Source: Batkoa obscura (lineage: Eukaryota). Taken from it: a stretch of 64,000 nt of DNA. The stretch spans positions 682,001-746,000 of the forward strand of contig JASVEC010000020.1 of assembly GCA_030770535.1 (NCBI GenBank), given 5' to 3'. Position numbers and translations under genes: made by a program. The stretch's first letter is position 1, and every line of letters starts with the position of its first letter. The notes under the pieces are model-generated. The model saw nothing but the letters and a program-made list of their open reading frames with translations. It made no database searches and was not told the DNA's origin. Positions 31,712 to 45,069 of the stretch are shown here, in pieces.

Positions 31712-32732
31712 TCAGGAAAGATGTTCTGGGAAATGAGATGGCTCGTCATATAGAATAGGAATATAATGCTGGATTTCTTGAATTCTGTCACTTTGATTAA
31801 GTATTATATGATTGAATAAAACGCAGCAGTGATCAATTGAAATTCTACGATCAGGGATAGGGGCTAACATCGATGTTAATAAACGGTAAAATGGTGACGC
31901 TCCTTGATGACCAAGATGCTTAAATGCTAATGTTTGAAGATACCGTCTAAAGTTAGGGTCATTATTCTCGGCATAATCCCATGGCACAGATCCGGTCAAA
32001 AGAGAATAGATCAAAATGCCAGCTCCCCATATATCCTGAGCATTAAAATCTTTAATATATAATCTATCGTTGACAAATTCAGGTGAACAAAAAGGATCAC
32101 TCTTTTTTAAATAATAGGAGGGAGTTGCAGTAGCCTCATGTGATCTCATGGCAAAATCAAAATTGCTTAGTTTTAATACACCATCGGAAGTCATAACTAT
32201 GCTTTCTAAATTTATATTCAAGTGAACTATACCCTTATTTTTTAAAAATAACAACCCACTTAACAAATCGGATATAAATCCTGTACATGTTTCCGGCGTA
32301 ACATACCCTTGATCTATCATACCTCTCCCATCAAAGTAGACACCATCAGTTATAACGTAATATAGCTCGTAAGCGTGACATAAATCGATGGGCTTAAGTA
32401 TATTCCTATGGTCCAAGTTACTACTTAAAAATATTTCGTCTCTTATCCTTTTGAGATATATTTGCTCCTCTTCAAACATGCTTACTTTTCGAAATATTTT
32501 CAATGTTTTGACCTAAATATAAGTTAATTAAAGACTATAAAGCTAATAATCTATTTACTTGATTAGTAGATTTCATCCGTACGTTATATTTCAAACTACC
32601 AGGGCAAGCATCTAATAGAGGAGAAAGCACCTCAAAGTTATCGAATAGAGGTTTAGCTTCCACATCCAATATTTTCCTTGACTTCTTCTTTCTTTTAAAG
32701 ATTTTAGCTAAAGACTCTCTAAACCCAGGCAT
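31712..32732 (-). CDS. Protein-kinase-fold protein (HAL/NPR-like), probable pseudokinase, 2 exons (32732-32559, 32512-31712)
   Basis: YLKRIRDEIFLSSNLDHRNI, SPE and DIWGAG subdomains present, but HRD reads HLN and DFG reads NFD. Confidence 0.75.
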
Positions 32733-34651
32733 ATTGTTTGATTAATTAAAGAAAGATTAATTGTTTAAATACTTTGTTCAAGCCATTTTAAATCGGTTTA
32801 ACCTAAAATTCTATTTTTTTTCCTTTTTTGGTTCCTCTCCTAATTAACCCTTTCGAATTTCAATGGTTAGCTTAAAATCCATTTTTGATTAAACTCATAA
32901 AATACTCCAATCATACTATTGCATATGATCCACTATAACATACTGCCAATCAATTACTTATACTTATGCCCAGCTTAAAAGAATTTCCTACTTTTAAAGG
33001 TGTTTTGTTTAACTCATACATTAACTTGTATATTACTGTTAAATATGATATAGTAAAACAAAGACGATATACAAAAAATATGAATAAGAGTTAAACTCAA
33101 CTCCTTTAATTACATAATTCATGTTTTATGGGCATATTAGTAAGTCAAACTTTAATTAATTTATTTCTCGAGTTTATAAATGCCAACTTTTACTGTCTTC
33201 CTTTTTTAAAGAATTAAATATCCCTGGGTTGGTTTCATCAATGATCAATGACTTTTTTTTGCTAAACTTGAAACTTAATGAATTTCGTAGTTCCCATTTA
33301 AAGTAGATGTAAGAGTTAATACATTCCATAATATGGGAATCGTTGCTATTTTAAGCTATACCATCAAAATAATTCTTAATAATATTAAAAATCTAAGTTT
33401 TGTTATAAAATTATTCATACTTACTACTTTTATTATGAATTGCAATTACTAATCCATTTTACCAGGCTCTTACTTTATATCCAAGATCAGTACCATAACT
33501 TCAAGTCTTTATTATTAATTATCTTCTTCACCCCTTTTCATTAATATATTAATAGAATCTATTAACTAACCCTCAAAATTTTGTTTATTTCCTTACTTTG
33601 TTCCTTTATCTTCAATTTCGGGTTATTCAAGCTCTTCCGAAAAATATAATGCTATTAAATAAATTAAATCAAGTTTATAAATTATAGATCGATGTTGAAT
33701 AGAGCATATAATGAAGTATACATTAAACTTCCAGGTATAAAAATAAAGAAGCTTGAACTTAATGTTTAAATTAGAATTTTGGTTTAAAACTATGTTTGGA
33801 TTTAAGCTTTTAGATCTAATTATTACGTGTTAGTTTAATCAAATATTAGATTTGCATATTTATATATTACATTTTGTAGCATTTATTATAAATTTATTAG
33901 CTCAACTTGATTAGACTATTAGTTTAAGAATTATCTGGTTACAATTTTCGAAAAAAATTGCTTGAATTAGGTAGTGTAAAAATCGAAAGCAATTGTACAA
34001 TGTGTATCTTGAATAATTATAAGTTACAAGTATTATCAAATATTCTTAAATTTTACCAGGGGTCTCTTTAAATGTTTTATTTTAGCTATTAGAAAGTATG
34101 AATCTTTGATTGCTGTACAAAAACCGATGTGAGCTTATTTTTTTATTCATAGTTTCTAATAGCCTTTTCAAATTTACACACTATAAAAAATAAAAACTAA
34201 GAAACAACATTCTCATGTTTTATATTTCCGAAGGAACAAATAAACTTACAAATAAAGCATCAAAAGTAAAATAAAAGTGTTGATGAGAAAAGAAATAAGC
34301 TTTGTTTTACTGTTTTGTTTATACTCTTTTTAATAAAACTATGAAAATTAAAAAACTAATGTTTGAACTTGTTTTTATTTGACTTTATTTTAAAGCGAAT
34401 AAAAGACAAAAACTAGAATAAAATAAAAAAACTATTTTTAAGTAAAAAATCCATCAATGAATTTTAATAAACATTTCTATTACAATAAGCAAAAGAATTA
34501 AAAGCTATCAAAAATACCTTCGCTTTATAACAAATTTAAAAACTAGAAAAAATTGCTATCAAAGATTATTTAAATAAATAAATAATATACAAGTATAACT
34601 GCTATTTTTTTAACTAAAAATTAAGACTTGATTTTTAGCAAATTAGTATTT

Positions 34652-34748
34652 GGGGTTGTTTTTTGGTTTTATCACTTTTTCTATTTTTTTAAGTGCTATT
34701 TGAGTGGAAAGGTTATTAGTAAGATCCTAAACAAAAAAACACATCCCC
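34652..34748 (+). mobile_element. ~98-bp MITE copy, TSD ATTT
   Basis: attt|GGGGTTGT...ACATCCCC|attt. Confidence 0.85.
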
Positions 34749-35074
34749 ATTTAATATAATCAAAGTTGATTCATTTTTAACATTTGAATGTTCTCTATAG
34801 TTTATCAAGTGTCCTTTTTGAGCTTTGAGAGGAAATTTAAGGTACCTTTCTATTGTGGTATTTTTATAATCTATTTGCAACTAAATTAAAATATTGATAA
34901 CTTTAAAAATCTATTAGTTTTTTTTGAAGATGTTAATTTAACTTCAATAGTTTACTTGATTCAACTACCTCCCGAAGCACTACTCCATATTTGGGTATCC
35001 TTATACAAAGTGGAATTTCAAGTCATCGAATATAGCTTGCTTCAATACAAAGGTGATATGATAATAATAGGGCA

Positions 35075-35306
35075 CAGATGTTTAGCTTCAAATGTACAGT
35101 ATTTTCTCCAAATTTAATTTAGGTGTGAATAATCATTTTCATTTTGTATTTGATAAATATAATAATAGAATAATAGAATAATAGAATATAATAATAATAA
35201 TAGAAAAAAACATTATAAATAAATTTAGCAGACACAAAATGTAAATGCTGACCCTTGGATAAATTGAATTTGGAGAGAATATTGTACATTTGAAACTAAA
35301 CAGCTG
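35075..35306. mobile_element. Second MITE type, ~232 bp, long TIRs with CAG...CTG ends (Tc1/mariner-like)
   Basis: 47-bp arms match 42/47, with a further inner inverted match; TA follows the right end, CA precedes the left; central aataatag repeat. Confidence 0.65.
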
Positions 35307-36866
35307 TATTTCTTACCAATTATTTAGTTTTCTATTCCTCCTCATTTCACTTACCTCATACTCTTTACCTCTTTATTATTTAATTTAGCAGCTACTTTTT
35401 TCTCTAAAATAAAACATTTGAGTCTCCTCTTATATATTTTAAAAATGTTGAACTATCTTACTGAGCGTTGATTGTCAAAAAAAAAAGAAATCAATGTGAA
35501 ATGAACTATTTAATAAGAAATGTTAAAAATTAAAAGATAAGATAGTACAAAAATGGTATTATATTTTTAACTGATGGTTCAATGACTTAGAATGTTAACA
35601 TATGAGCTTGTATATTTATCTTTGTTAATAAGAATCTAGATGTTTATCTTGTTTAGTTTCAATAGATAACTCGAATTTTTGTAACTAAAAATAAAGAACT
35701 ATTAATATTAAATAATTTGAAAAAGCTCGGTTAAACATCAAGAATAAAGTAGGATTAGATTAGCAAAGATTAAGCAAGCTTTTACTTATAGTTTGACGAA
35801 TAGAGATGCCATAAAACTAGTATTTTCAGAAATATAATAGATAGGGCTTTATCAAAAGAGAGTATATCAGTTACAGAAGCTCTATTTGATAAAACACAAT
35901 AATAAGAGAAATTAATTTGATAATGAACATAACGCCTTTTAGGGTAAAATAAATAGGGGTTTCGGACCAAATAAATCCTCTTAGCAAATTAGACTATTAA
36001 TGTAAAATTAAACGCGATATTTATAGTACATGAAGGCTAATATAATATAAATTTTATTATAAATAACAAATTAATATATTTAATATAACTATAATGACAA
36101 CATGCTACTAGGATAGTTTCACTATAAAAGTCAGTAATAAATATATTCGCTTTATTATTGTATAACTAGTATCAAGTATTTGCGAACTAGTGAATTTTTA
36201 ATAATTTTATTCTTGTAATTAGTAAAGAAATTGTAAATTTCACTTTTCTATTAGCCGGTATTGATTTATCTGCTTATTGTTACTATTAAGTTTTTAAATA
36301 GCTGCTTCTATTTATCATTATTCTTTCAATTAATAATAGATTATAAAGCATAAGTAAAATTTTGGTATATAATATATTATATATAGCATTCATCTGTTGC
36401 TATTAAGTAGATAATATTTTTCAGATAATGAATTTAGTAAAATTGAATTTTATATCCCTTATCTTATCCAACAATAGTTTGTTTTTGAATATAAAAACTT
36501 AATAAGGGAATAGTTGCAATCACTAATTGGTGGATGGGAAAAAAATGATTTAGATTTTAAGGCGTGAATACCCAAATAAAGGATCGAAAAGCTTACTACG
36601 TCAAGCTAGGCTAAAAATTACATCAAATTATCTCAAAAGAATAAATCATTGGAAAAGGTGCGATATCATTGAATAATTATTAGTGATTGCAAATAATGAT
36701 AATAAAAGTATAAAAACAAAAGGATAGTAATAATTAAATAAAGTTTTTGAATTGAATCCAATTTTTTTATTTTTTGTACTTAAAATACTTATTGTAAGAT
36801 ATACCTTTATTTACTTATATCTTTTATTAACCTTACTTTTAGTCTCCGTTTATAAATTATTAAAAA

Positions 36867-39304
36867 ATGAATGGTCATTCTACTGTAAGAGATACAAAGG
36901 AACCGATTTTATTTGAGATATCTTGGGAGGTAGCAAATAAAGGTAATTATCTGATTAACAGCTTAAAACAGTTTAATAATATGTATCTAGTTGGTGGTAT
37001 TTATACTGTTATAAAAACAAAAGTACCTGTAACTGTAAAAGAGTATGGAGATCGCTATTGTTTAATAGGTCCTTTAAACCAACGTATGGCAAACTTGGAG
37101 GTTGAAGAAATGGAACCACATAACGACCAAATGCGCCAAGCTATTCAAGGTCTTCAATCAAGAGGATTCAAAGTCAAGTTCGGTAGATGGCTTATTGAAG
37201 GTGCACCTTATGTTTTGTTATTTGATATCGGTTCTGCCTTTCATTATATGAATCAATGGAAGGGAGAGCTATGGTCTATTGCAGGTATTCCATCACCAGC
37301 TAATGATACAGAAACCAATGATGCTGTTGTCTTTGGTTATATGGTATCACAATTTCTTCAAGATGTAAGTATTATACCTTATTTACTCTATTTAATAGTA
37401 ATAGTTTAAATTTAGTTTGTAAATTTACAAAGAGAAAAAGCTATTATTGCTCATTTCCACGAATGGCAAGTTGGTGTTGGTTTAGTTCTCTGTTTAAAAA
37501 GAGAATTAGATTTAGCTACTATTTTCACTACCCACGCAACACTTTTGGGTCGTTATTTATGTGCTGGTGATGTCGATTTTTATAATTGTCTTACTTCTGT
37601 TGATGTCGATCATGAAGCCGGTAAAAGAGGAATCTACCACCGTTATTGTTTAGAACGTGCAGCTGCTCATTGTGCTGATGTTTTTACCACAGTTTCACAT
37701 ATTACTGCATTTGAATCTGAACATCTATTGAAAAGAAAACCAGGTATTTTTGATACAGTTTTAAAACAACAACATTAACATTTAATTTAGATGGTGTGGT
37801 ACCAAATGGTCTCAATGTAGTTAAATTTAGGTAAATATAATTTCATGTAACTCTGGCACATATTAAACGTTTATTAGTGCTATCCATGAATTCCAAAATC
37901 TTCATGCAAAAGCTAAAGAAAAGATTCATGACTTTATTCGTGGACATTTTTATGGACATTATGATTTTGACCTTGATAACACAGTTTATCTTTTTACTGC
38001 TGGAAGATACGAATATCGTAATAAGGGAGTCGATATGTTTATCGAATCTTTAGCTCGTAGGCTTCTTATATTAATTTTTTTGTAAAATAGGCTAATTATT
38101 ATAGGTCTTAATCATAGACTAAAAGAAAAGAACTCAGATATCACTGTCGTTGCATTTGTAATTATGCCAGCAAAGACTAATTCTTTTACTGTTGAAACTC
38201 TTAAGGGACATGCTGTGGTAAAGCAACTTAAGGATACTGTAACTGAAATTCAAGATCGTATTGGTAAACGTATTTTTGAACAAGCAGCTAGGTAATTAAA
38301 TTATAAAGTCAACACATTCGTTATTAAATTAGTTTATTAGAGGTGTTGAACCAAGCGAAGAAGATTTACTCTCAGATCAAGAAAAAATATTGCTACGTAG
38401 ACGTATTTTTGCTTTGAAAAGACACACACTTCCACCAGTAGTTACACATAATATGGAAGATGATCATAAGGATCCAGTTTTAAATCAAATCAGACGTTTA
38501 TCTTTATTTAATTATCCCGCAGATCGCGTTAAAGTTGTTTTCCATCCTGAATTTTTAAACTCAAATAATCCAGTGCTTGCTTTGGATTATGAAGAGTTTG
38601 TAAGAGGATGTCATCTTGGTGTTTTCCCATCTTACTATGAACCTTGGTAAATATTATTAAAAGCAACTATTTAACAAAACAATTAATTTATTTTTAGGGG
38701 ATATACACCTGCAGAATGTACTGTAATGGGAGTACCAAGTATTACTACTAATTTATCTGGGTTTGGGTGCTTTATGGAAGATAATATAGAAAATCCAAAA
38801 GATTACGGTATTTACATCGTTGATCGTCGTATGAAATCGGTTGATGAATCCATTGAGCAATTAACTGAGCATATGTTAGATTTCTGTTTGAAATCAAGAC
38901 GTCAACGTATCAATCAACGTAATCGTACCGAACGTTTATCTGACCTTTTAGACTGGAAACGAATGGGAGTAGAATATATGAAAGCTCGTCAACTTGCTCT
39001 CCGTCGAGTATATCCTAATGCATTTACTAACGATGAGGACGATTTTGTTGATGACAGTACTCATGTACCTAAAATTCCTAGACCTCTTTCAGCACCTGGC
39101 TCACCTAAACCAAGAGGAGAAAAGAATGTACATGAATTCCCACTTACTATGGATAATCTTACGATATATGACTCAAATGGTCAAGGAATTCATGACGTAC
39201 ATTTCCGTGAGTATGATGAAGATGACGGTAGACCACCCATCCCTATCAAACTTAAATCACGTAATCCATCTGTAGAAGATCTTACTTTGCAAGGAAGATT
39301 TTAA
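36867..39304 (+). CDS. GSY: Glycogen synthase (GT3), multi-exon
   Basis: [74 protein letters not shown]. Confidence 0.97.
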
Positions 39305-39829
39305 ATTGAACTAAGAGATAATTTAAATTAAGAATCAATTTTACTATATAATGATCTATTTTTTAAAGAGTTTGTAAGTTGCTATTCTAACACTAAATAA
39401 AATTACACTATTTTTTGAAGTTGGGAATCATTTTTAAAGTTTATTATTGTATTATACAAAGCATGTATTAATTCGTATAGTAGAAATTTTATAGTTATTG
39501 TGTGTATTACTCATACGCATCATCCATGATATAATTTAATATTATGTTTTGATTAAATTCAAGTGGCAATAGTTAAAAAAAAATATCGAAGTTAGCTATT
39601 AAAACAGTCAATTTACTTTTAGTATGATATAATAATTCTTAAACACAATAAATAAGAACCTTATAGTTAAAAAATAATGAGAAACAAATTGAACTAGCTT
39701 ACAAAAATGATCTCATAGCTCACTTTTAAAATTGCAAAAAAATTACTCCACAAAAACTCGAACAAATAATAAATTACAAAATGTATCAACTTAACTTTCA
39801 ATTTTAAACAACATTAATTTACACAAAAA

Positions 39830-40261
39830 ATGGTAACCATAGGCGTATTAGAGATCACCGCTGTTTCGGGAAGAAATTTGAAAGAATTGTGAAACGTTTA
39901 GTAAGCAGGATCCTTACTTAACTTACAAATTAGGTGAGAGTAAAGCACGTACTAAAACAGTTAGAAATGGTGGAACAAATCCACAATTTGATGATACAGT
40001 TAGTTTAAAAGTAGATAACAATGGTGGTTTAAAGTTAAGGGTTCGAGCATACGATGATGATCTTATTGGTAAAGATACTATTGGAGAAGCTATTATTGAT
40101 ATTACTAAGGCAATCCAGCAAGGAGATTTTGACGGTAAGTTTAGTTAATAGTGAGATTAGATAGTCATTTTAATGTAGTTTAATTAGCTTGGTTTCCAAT
40201 CTATAACCAAAATAAGGTATCTGGAGAACTTTATTTAGAACTCACGTTTAAAAGGCATTAA
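39830..40261 (+). CDS. Small single-C2-domain protein (Inn1/Fic1-type C2), 2 exons, apparent +1 frameshift near 39884
   Basis: GVLEITAVSGRNLK..KQDPY..RTKTVRNGGTNPQFDD..RAYDDDLIGKDTIGEAIIDI..WFPI..GELYLELTF; missing from the ORF track. Confidence 0.8.
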
Positions 40262-40338
40262 CTAATTATAAATAATAAATAATTAAAACTTAATCTTATT
40301 AAAGTGTATTAAAACTCTAATTATTTTTTATTTAAAAA

Positions 40339-41766
40339 TTAAAACATTGATTTTAATAAAAAGGAAGCAACTGCTCCAGCTAATGCTGATCCAATCGAAA
40401 GATACATTTGCTCTGTCGTTAAGTTGAACGTATTATTAGTTGATTTATTTGTATTAATATTATTGTCCATTATTTTTTGTTCATTCAATAAATCTGATAC
40501 CAATTGAGCTAATTCCTGTTCGTAGCTCTTCTCAGTCTTATCTTGATTACTATAATTTAATAAATGGTTTTGTATCGATTCAATTTTCGGTGCTAATGAT
40601 CTATAATCTTCTTTTTGTTGCTGAATCTGTTCAACCAATGGAGCTATCATTGAATTTATGTTTTCCTTTTCATTTTCCCATTGTTTACTAAACTTTTCAT
40701 TTACTTTATTGACCAACTTTTCCCTTTTTCTAGGTTCAAAGATGGTATGAACGGATATAAACAAAAGCATATTAATAATAATTAACGCCAATGTCCAATA
40801 AGTTGATACACCTCGGATTTTATCACTCCATAACTGTTCTTCATGATAACGAGTACGGATATCCGACACCAACTTAGCATACAGCTGTTCCACTTTTTCT
40901 TCATTTTCTTTGCAATCCAGCTTTAGCTGAGATTCGAGACTTTCATTATTATGCTCTTCTCTATAAAGTTGAGTAAACTGAGTGACATCTTTATCATTCC
41001 ATAAATGTTTTCTCTGTAAAAGTTCATTGATATCTCGTTGTCCCATAGCTCTCTTTTCTACTTGCTGTTGATAGCTCTCTTTAGATTGTCTTAAACTTAG
41101 CCTTGCCTCTTCAAACTGTTTTGCTGTAGTTTCAATCATTAGTTTTAATTTCTCAATTTCAGCATAACCAGTAGCATCATTAATTGCTTTTGAGGTCGAA
41201 CTTAGAAATTGTTTTGGGTCTTCAGCCACCTTTTTCCACTCTATCTTTTTGAACGGCTCAAGTTTAGATTTAACACTTTTATTTATTTTAATCATGTTTT
41301 GTATTAATTGTTCATAAATTTTTTTGGTGTCTATGTTGTATTTGTTTCCCTCGGTTGACTCATTAACTTTCTTTTCATTTATTATAGGGAGATCTTTAAT
41401 ATGACTGTTGAGTTCATTTGGAATAGGATCATTTAAAAATACTTTATTTGAATTTAAATCAATCAGAACTTCCTCCCTTTCATTTGTATTTTTCTCATTT
41501 GTTTTGGATGATCCTTCAGATGTATCTTTCTTATTTTCGCCATCCTTGATTTTTTCTTTTTCTTTTTCTTTTACATTATCCCTTAATATAGTTTCCAAAT
41601 CCTTACCTTGAAAAAACGAGGATGCACCCAGATCCCTCCTCTTCCCATCTTGTTCAAATACTGTGTCTCTAGTTGAAAAACTTTTATATAAGTGTCTTAA
41701 ACTGATGCCTCTTATACAACTACTCGTTATGTTACTTTGGAATCTTATCAATTTAGTTTTGATCAT
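40339..41766 (-). CDS. SHE9: Mitochondrial inner-membrane protein She9/Mdm33
   Basis: TGYAEIEKLK, QRDINELLQRKHLW, RYHEEQLWSDKIR, two TM segments, presequence. Confidence 0.92.
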   Translation of the reverse strand: MIKTKLIRFQSNITSSCIRGISLRHLYKSFSTRDTVFEQDGKRRDLGASSFFQGKDLETILRDNVKEKEKEKIKDGENKKDTSEGSSKTNEKNTNEREEVLIDLNSNKVFLNDPIPNELNSHIKDLPIINEKKVNESTEGNKYNIDTKKIYEQLIQNMIKINKSVKSKLEPFKKIEWKKVAEDPKQFLSSTSKAINDATGYAEIEKLKLMIETTAKQFEEARLSLRQSKESYQQQVEKRAMGQRDINELLQRKHLWNDKDVTQFTQLYREEHNNESLESQLKLDCKENEEKVEQLYAKLVSDIRTRYHEEQLWSDKIRGVSTYWTLALIIINMLLFISVHTIFEPRKREKLVNKVNEKFSKQWENEKENINSMIAPLVEQIQQQKEDYRSLAPKIESIQNHLLNYSNQDKTEKSYEQELAQLVSDLLNEQKIMDNNINTNKSTNNTFNLTTEQMYLSIGSALAGAVASFLLKSMF

Positions 41767-42271
41767 TCTTTAATTTTAAACAATTCAACTCAATTCAATT
41801 GCTATTGTCATTGGCTATGGCCCGAAAATTGAAATTCCTCGAATCTAATTTTGCAACTATTGGGGTTCAATTAAAGTTCCAGACTTTTGCAGCAATTGAC
41901 TGATGATAGTATGAAAAAATAATCCAATCTATTGATTGATATGACTGAAACAAAATCATTGTAATAAAATATAGAGTCAACAGAGACATCATTTAGAATT
42001 TATACTCATTTTATTAAAAACGGTCTTTTTATAAGTATATTATTATATAGATGAGAATGTTTTCTATTAAGAATTTGGCTAGAAATTTTAAACTGGATTG
42101 AACAAAAAGTGAATCGAATGGAATACTGGAATATGTAAGATAGCCTTAAAAACTTCGAATTTTCTGCCAAATAAATATATTTTAGAAGGCAATTTAATTG
42201 GTTAAATAATTTTAAAAGAATATAAAAAAATTTATTCGAAGTAAAATTTTTACTTTTAATTTCTAGATAAA

Positions 42272-43689
42272 ATGTCATCTGAATTTTTTGGTAAGTATCT
42301 AATTAAAATTCATAATATTTATCATTTAATATCTTATCCTAGGTGTTCAAATAAAGCCAAACAAGAAGTACACTAATGAACCAAGTTGGCCACTTGTTTT
42401 AACTATGGTAATTTTGAATTCTTTATTTTTAAACTTTAATTAAAAACAAATTAGGCCTCCTTTGGTCAAACTGTTGAAAAGGATAGTCGTACTTGTGTAA
42501 TCTTAAAAGTTGGGGAACATGAATTTACTATCTGTGTTTTAAAAGAAAACTCGGTTAGTTTAATAGTTTGTTATTTTTACGTAATAGTAACCAGATATAG
42601 GCTGAAAGTCAACCAATGGAAGTACTCATTCCAAGTGATAAAGAGTTCTCATTACGTGTTTCTGGGCCAAAGTAACTTATTTTTAGTTCAAAATAATTAC
42701 TAAGCTAAATTTTAAATAGTGAAGTTCATTTGACTGGTCATTATTTAGTTGATGAAGGTAATCCAGAAGAGGATGATGAGGATGAATATCCAAATTTCCT
42801 TGATATGGATCTCGATGAAGATGAAGAAAGTGAAGATGATGATTTCATGATCGACGACCTCTCTGAAGAAGAAGAAGAAAATAATGAAGTTGGTTTTGTT
42901 GAAGGTAATTAGTATTTAGTTTAGCTTACTTATGTAAACAATTTATTTAGAAATTGTTGAGGAAGTAAAAGAAGAAAAGAAAGAACCTCTTACTAATGCC
43001 CAAAAAAGAAAATTAAAGAAACAAAACGCTGCTAATGCTGTAGAAGCTGAAAAAGGTAGTTATTTATTAATAAGTGTTTATGTGAATCTAAACATTTTTG
43101 TATTAGCTAATGGAAAACGTAAGTCTGAAGAAGCTCCAGTCGCTGAAAGTAAAAAGAAAGAAAAGAAAGTAGCTGCTAAAGAAACTCAGCTTAAGGAAGA
43201 GCCAAAAAAGAAGCAAGCTGCTAAAAAAGAAGAACCAAAAAAAGAGTCCAACGTAATCAATATATATATGTATTTTTAAAACACAATAATATCTTTAGAT
43301 TAAAAAATTACCCAATGGATTAGTTATAGAAGATAGAGTAATTGGAGATGGAGCTGAAGCTAAAAGTGGACAAAGAGTCAGCGTTCGTTATGTTGGAAAA
43401 CTTACTTCTGGAAAGGTCTTTGATAGCAATAACACTGGAAAACCATTCCAATTCCGTTTAGGAGCTGGTGAAGTTATCAAAGGATGGGATCAAGGTGTTG
43501 TTGGTATGAAAGTCAATGGTCAACGTAAATTGACTATTCCAGCTGCTCTTGCGTAAGTTTATGAAACTGTAAAAATTTTAATACTAACTTTTACTTAGTT
43601 ATGGTAAACGTGGTGCTCCACCAGATATTCCAGGAAATGCTACCCTTGAATTTGAAATTAAACTTCTTGATTCTAAAAAGAAACATTAA
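42272..43689 (+). CDS. Nucleolar FKBP (Fpr3/Fpr4-like): nucleoplasmin-like domain, acidic and basic tracts, FKBP PPIase
   Basis: [10 protein letters not shown] tract, K-rich linker, [47 protein letters not shown]; many short introns. Confidence 0.9.
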
Positions 43690-43790
43690 ATTCAAGGCAG
43701 TTTGATGAAGTGAATACTACACAAAAGGTTACATTACATTGCTATTATAATCTTGCTTTTTGTAATCATGAATTAAACAAGTATAGATAA

Positions 43791-43840
43791 ATTTTTTGTT
43801 TTAATTTTTTGTTTTAATTTTTTGTTTTAATTTTTTGTCT
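43791..43840. repeat. 13-bp tandem repeat (attttttgtttta) x~4
   Basis: Direct reading. Confidence 0.8.
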
Positions 43841-44475
43841 TATTCTTTTTCTAGTTTATATTGCTATATGATTGTGACTTTCTTTAATTATTTGGAAGAA
43901 ATTTTAGTATAGAAAGTAACCTAAAATGGATCATCTGGATATGAAAGTGACTTGATTTAAATGAAAGCTGTAACTAATAGCTTATGATTAATTACCTTAA
44001 TCAAAGTCCTTTGTGAATTAATATCAAACTCAACATACAAAAACTAGTAAAATTTCAAAAATGTTAACAAAAAGATGAGTTTTATTTAAGCATTCTATCC
44101 TGGCTTATTAATCTACCATTTATCATGATACAGCTTTACAACTCTTTTGAAGCCTAATTAACTGCCCTTTTAAAATATAAATTTATGCTACAGTTCAGCT
44201 AAAATATTGATCAATTATAAAAAATTAATGATAGCAATTTTATTATAAAAACTATCGCTAAAAAGATCGCAAAAGGGTTGTAATAGTTGTACAACAACAA
44301 AAAGCAATTATCTAAAAATAGCACTAATTAAAATAGCAAATAAAAACCCTTAGTGAAAAGGCTTTAATGACCACAAAAAGAATAAGCCAATAAAACCATT
44401 AAGTTACTCAACTCGAGATTAAATGGATCAATAAATTAATTTTTTTTAATTCCTAATAAATAAATAATTAAAAAA

Positions 44476-45069
44476 ATGAACATCATTCTAATCGTATTAA
44501 TTATACTACTACAATTAATTAATCTAGCCACACAGCAATCAATACCACGTCCATTACCTATGGAATGTTATCAAGGTGGGCAGCAACAGTTTCCATGTAA
44601 AAGACCAGGGAATCCAAGATGTCCACCATGTTGGGTAAAAGCAAAAAATACCTTCAATTGTTTTGCTTATTTGCCAAATTCAAACAAATGTCCTGATAAT
44701 TTAGGTGAAGATGTATCAGCAGATTTAGATAAAGATATAACTGATAATTCGGATCAACAGACAGATCCTAAGCCTACCTCTTTACCAACTGGGAAAGAAG
44801 ATAAACCAAACGCAACAAAATCGAAGGATAATGGTAATAATGGTAGTAATAGTAATAATAATAATAATAATGGTAGCAATAGTAAGGACCAGTTTGATAC
44901 ATTGACAGTAATTACTTTGATAGATACTTCAATTTCTTCTGAGAATAAAATATATACAAAAGCTTATGTTGCAGTTAAAACTATAACCATTAGCAAGGCT
45001 TCGGTCTTGTCGATTGAGTATTTCGGTTATTGTTTAGTTTTTATGATGTTTTTTTTAAGTCTGGTTTAA
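44476..45069 (+). CDS. Secreted Cys-rich protein, probably GPI-anchored
   Basis: Signal peptide, 6-Cys module, low-complexity D/N/S/T linker, hydrophobic C-terminus. Confidence 0.75.
   Translation: MNIILIVLIILLQLINLATQQSIPRPLPMECYQGGQQQFPCKRPGNPRCPPCWVKAKNTFNCFAYLPNSNKCPDNLGEDVSADLDKDITDNSDQQTDPKPTSLPTGKEDKPNATKSKDNGNNGSNSNNNNNNGSNSKDQFDTLTVITLIDTSISSENKIYTKAYVAVKTITISKASVLSIEYFGYCLVFMMFFLSLV

Noticed and set aside
33000..33800. Coding-like fragments on the minus strand
   Set aside because: Many stops and no recognisable motif
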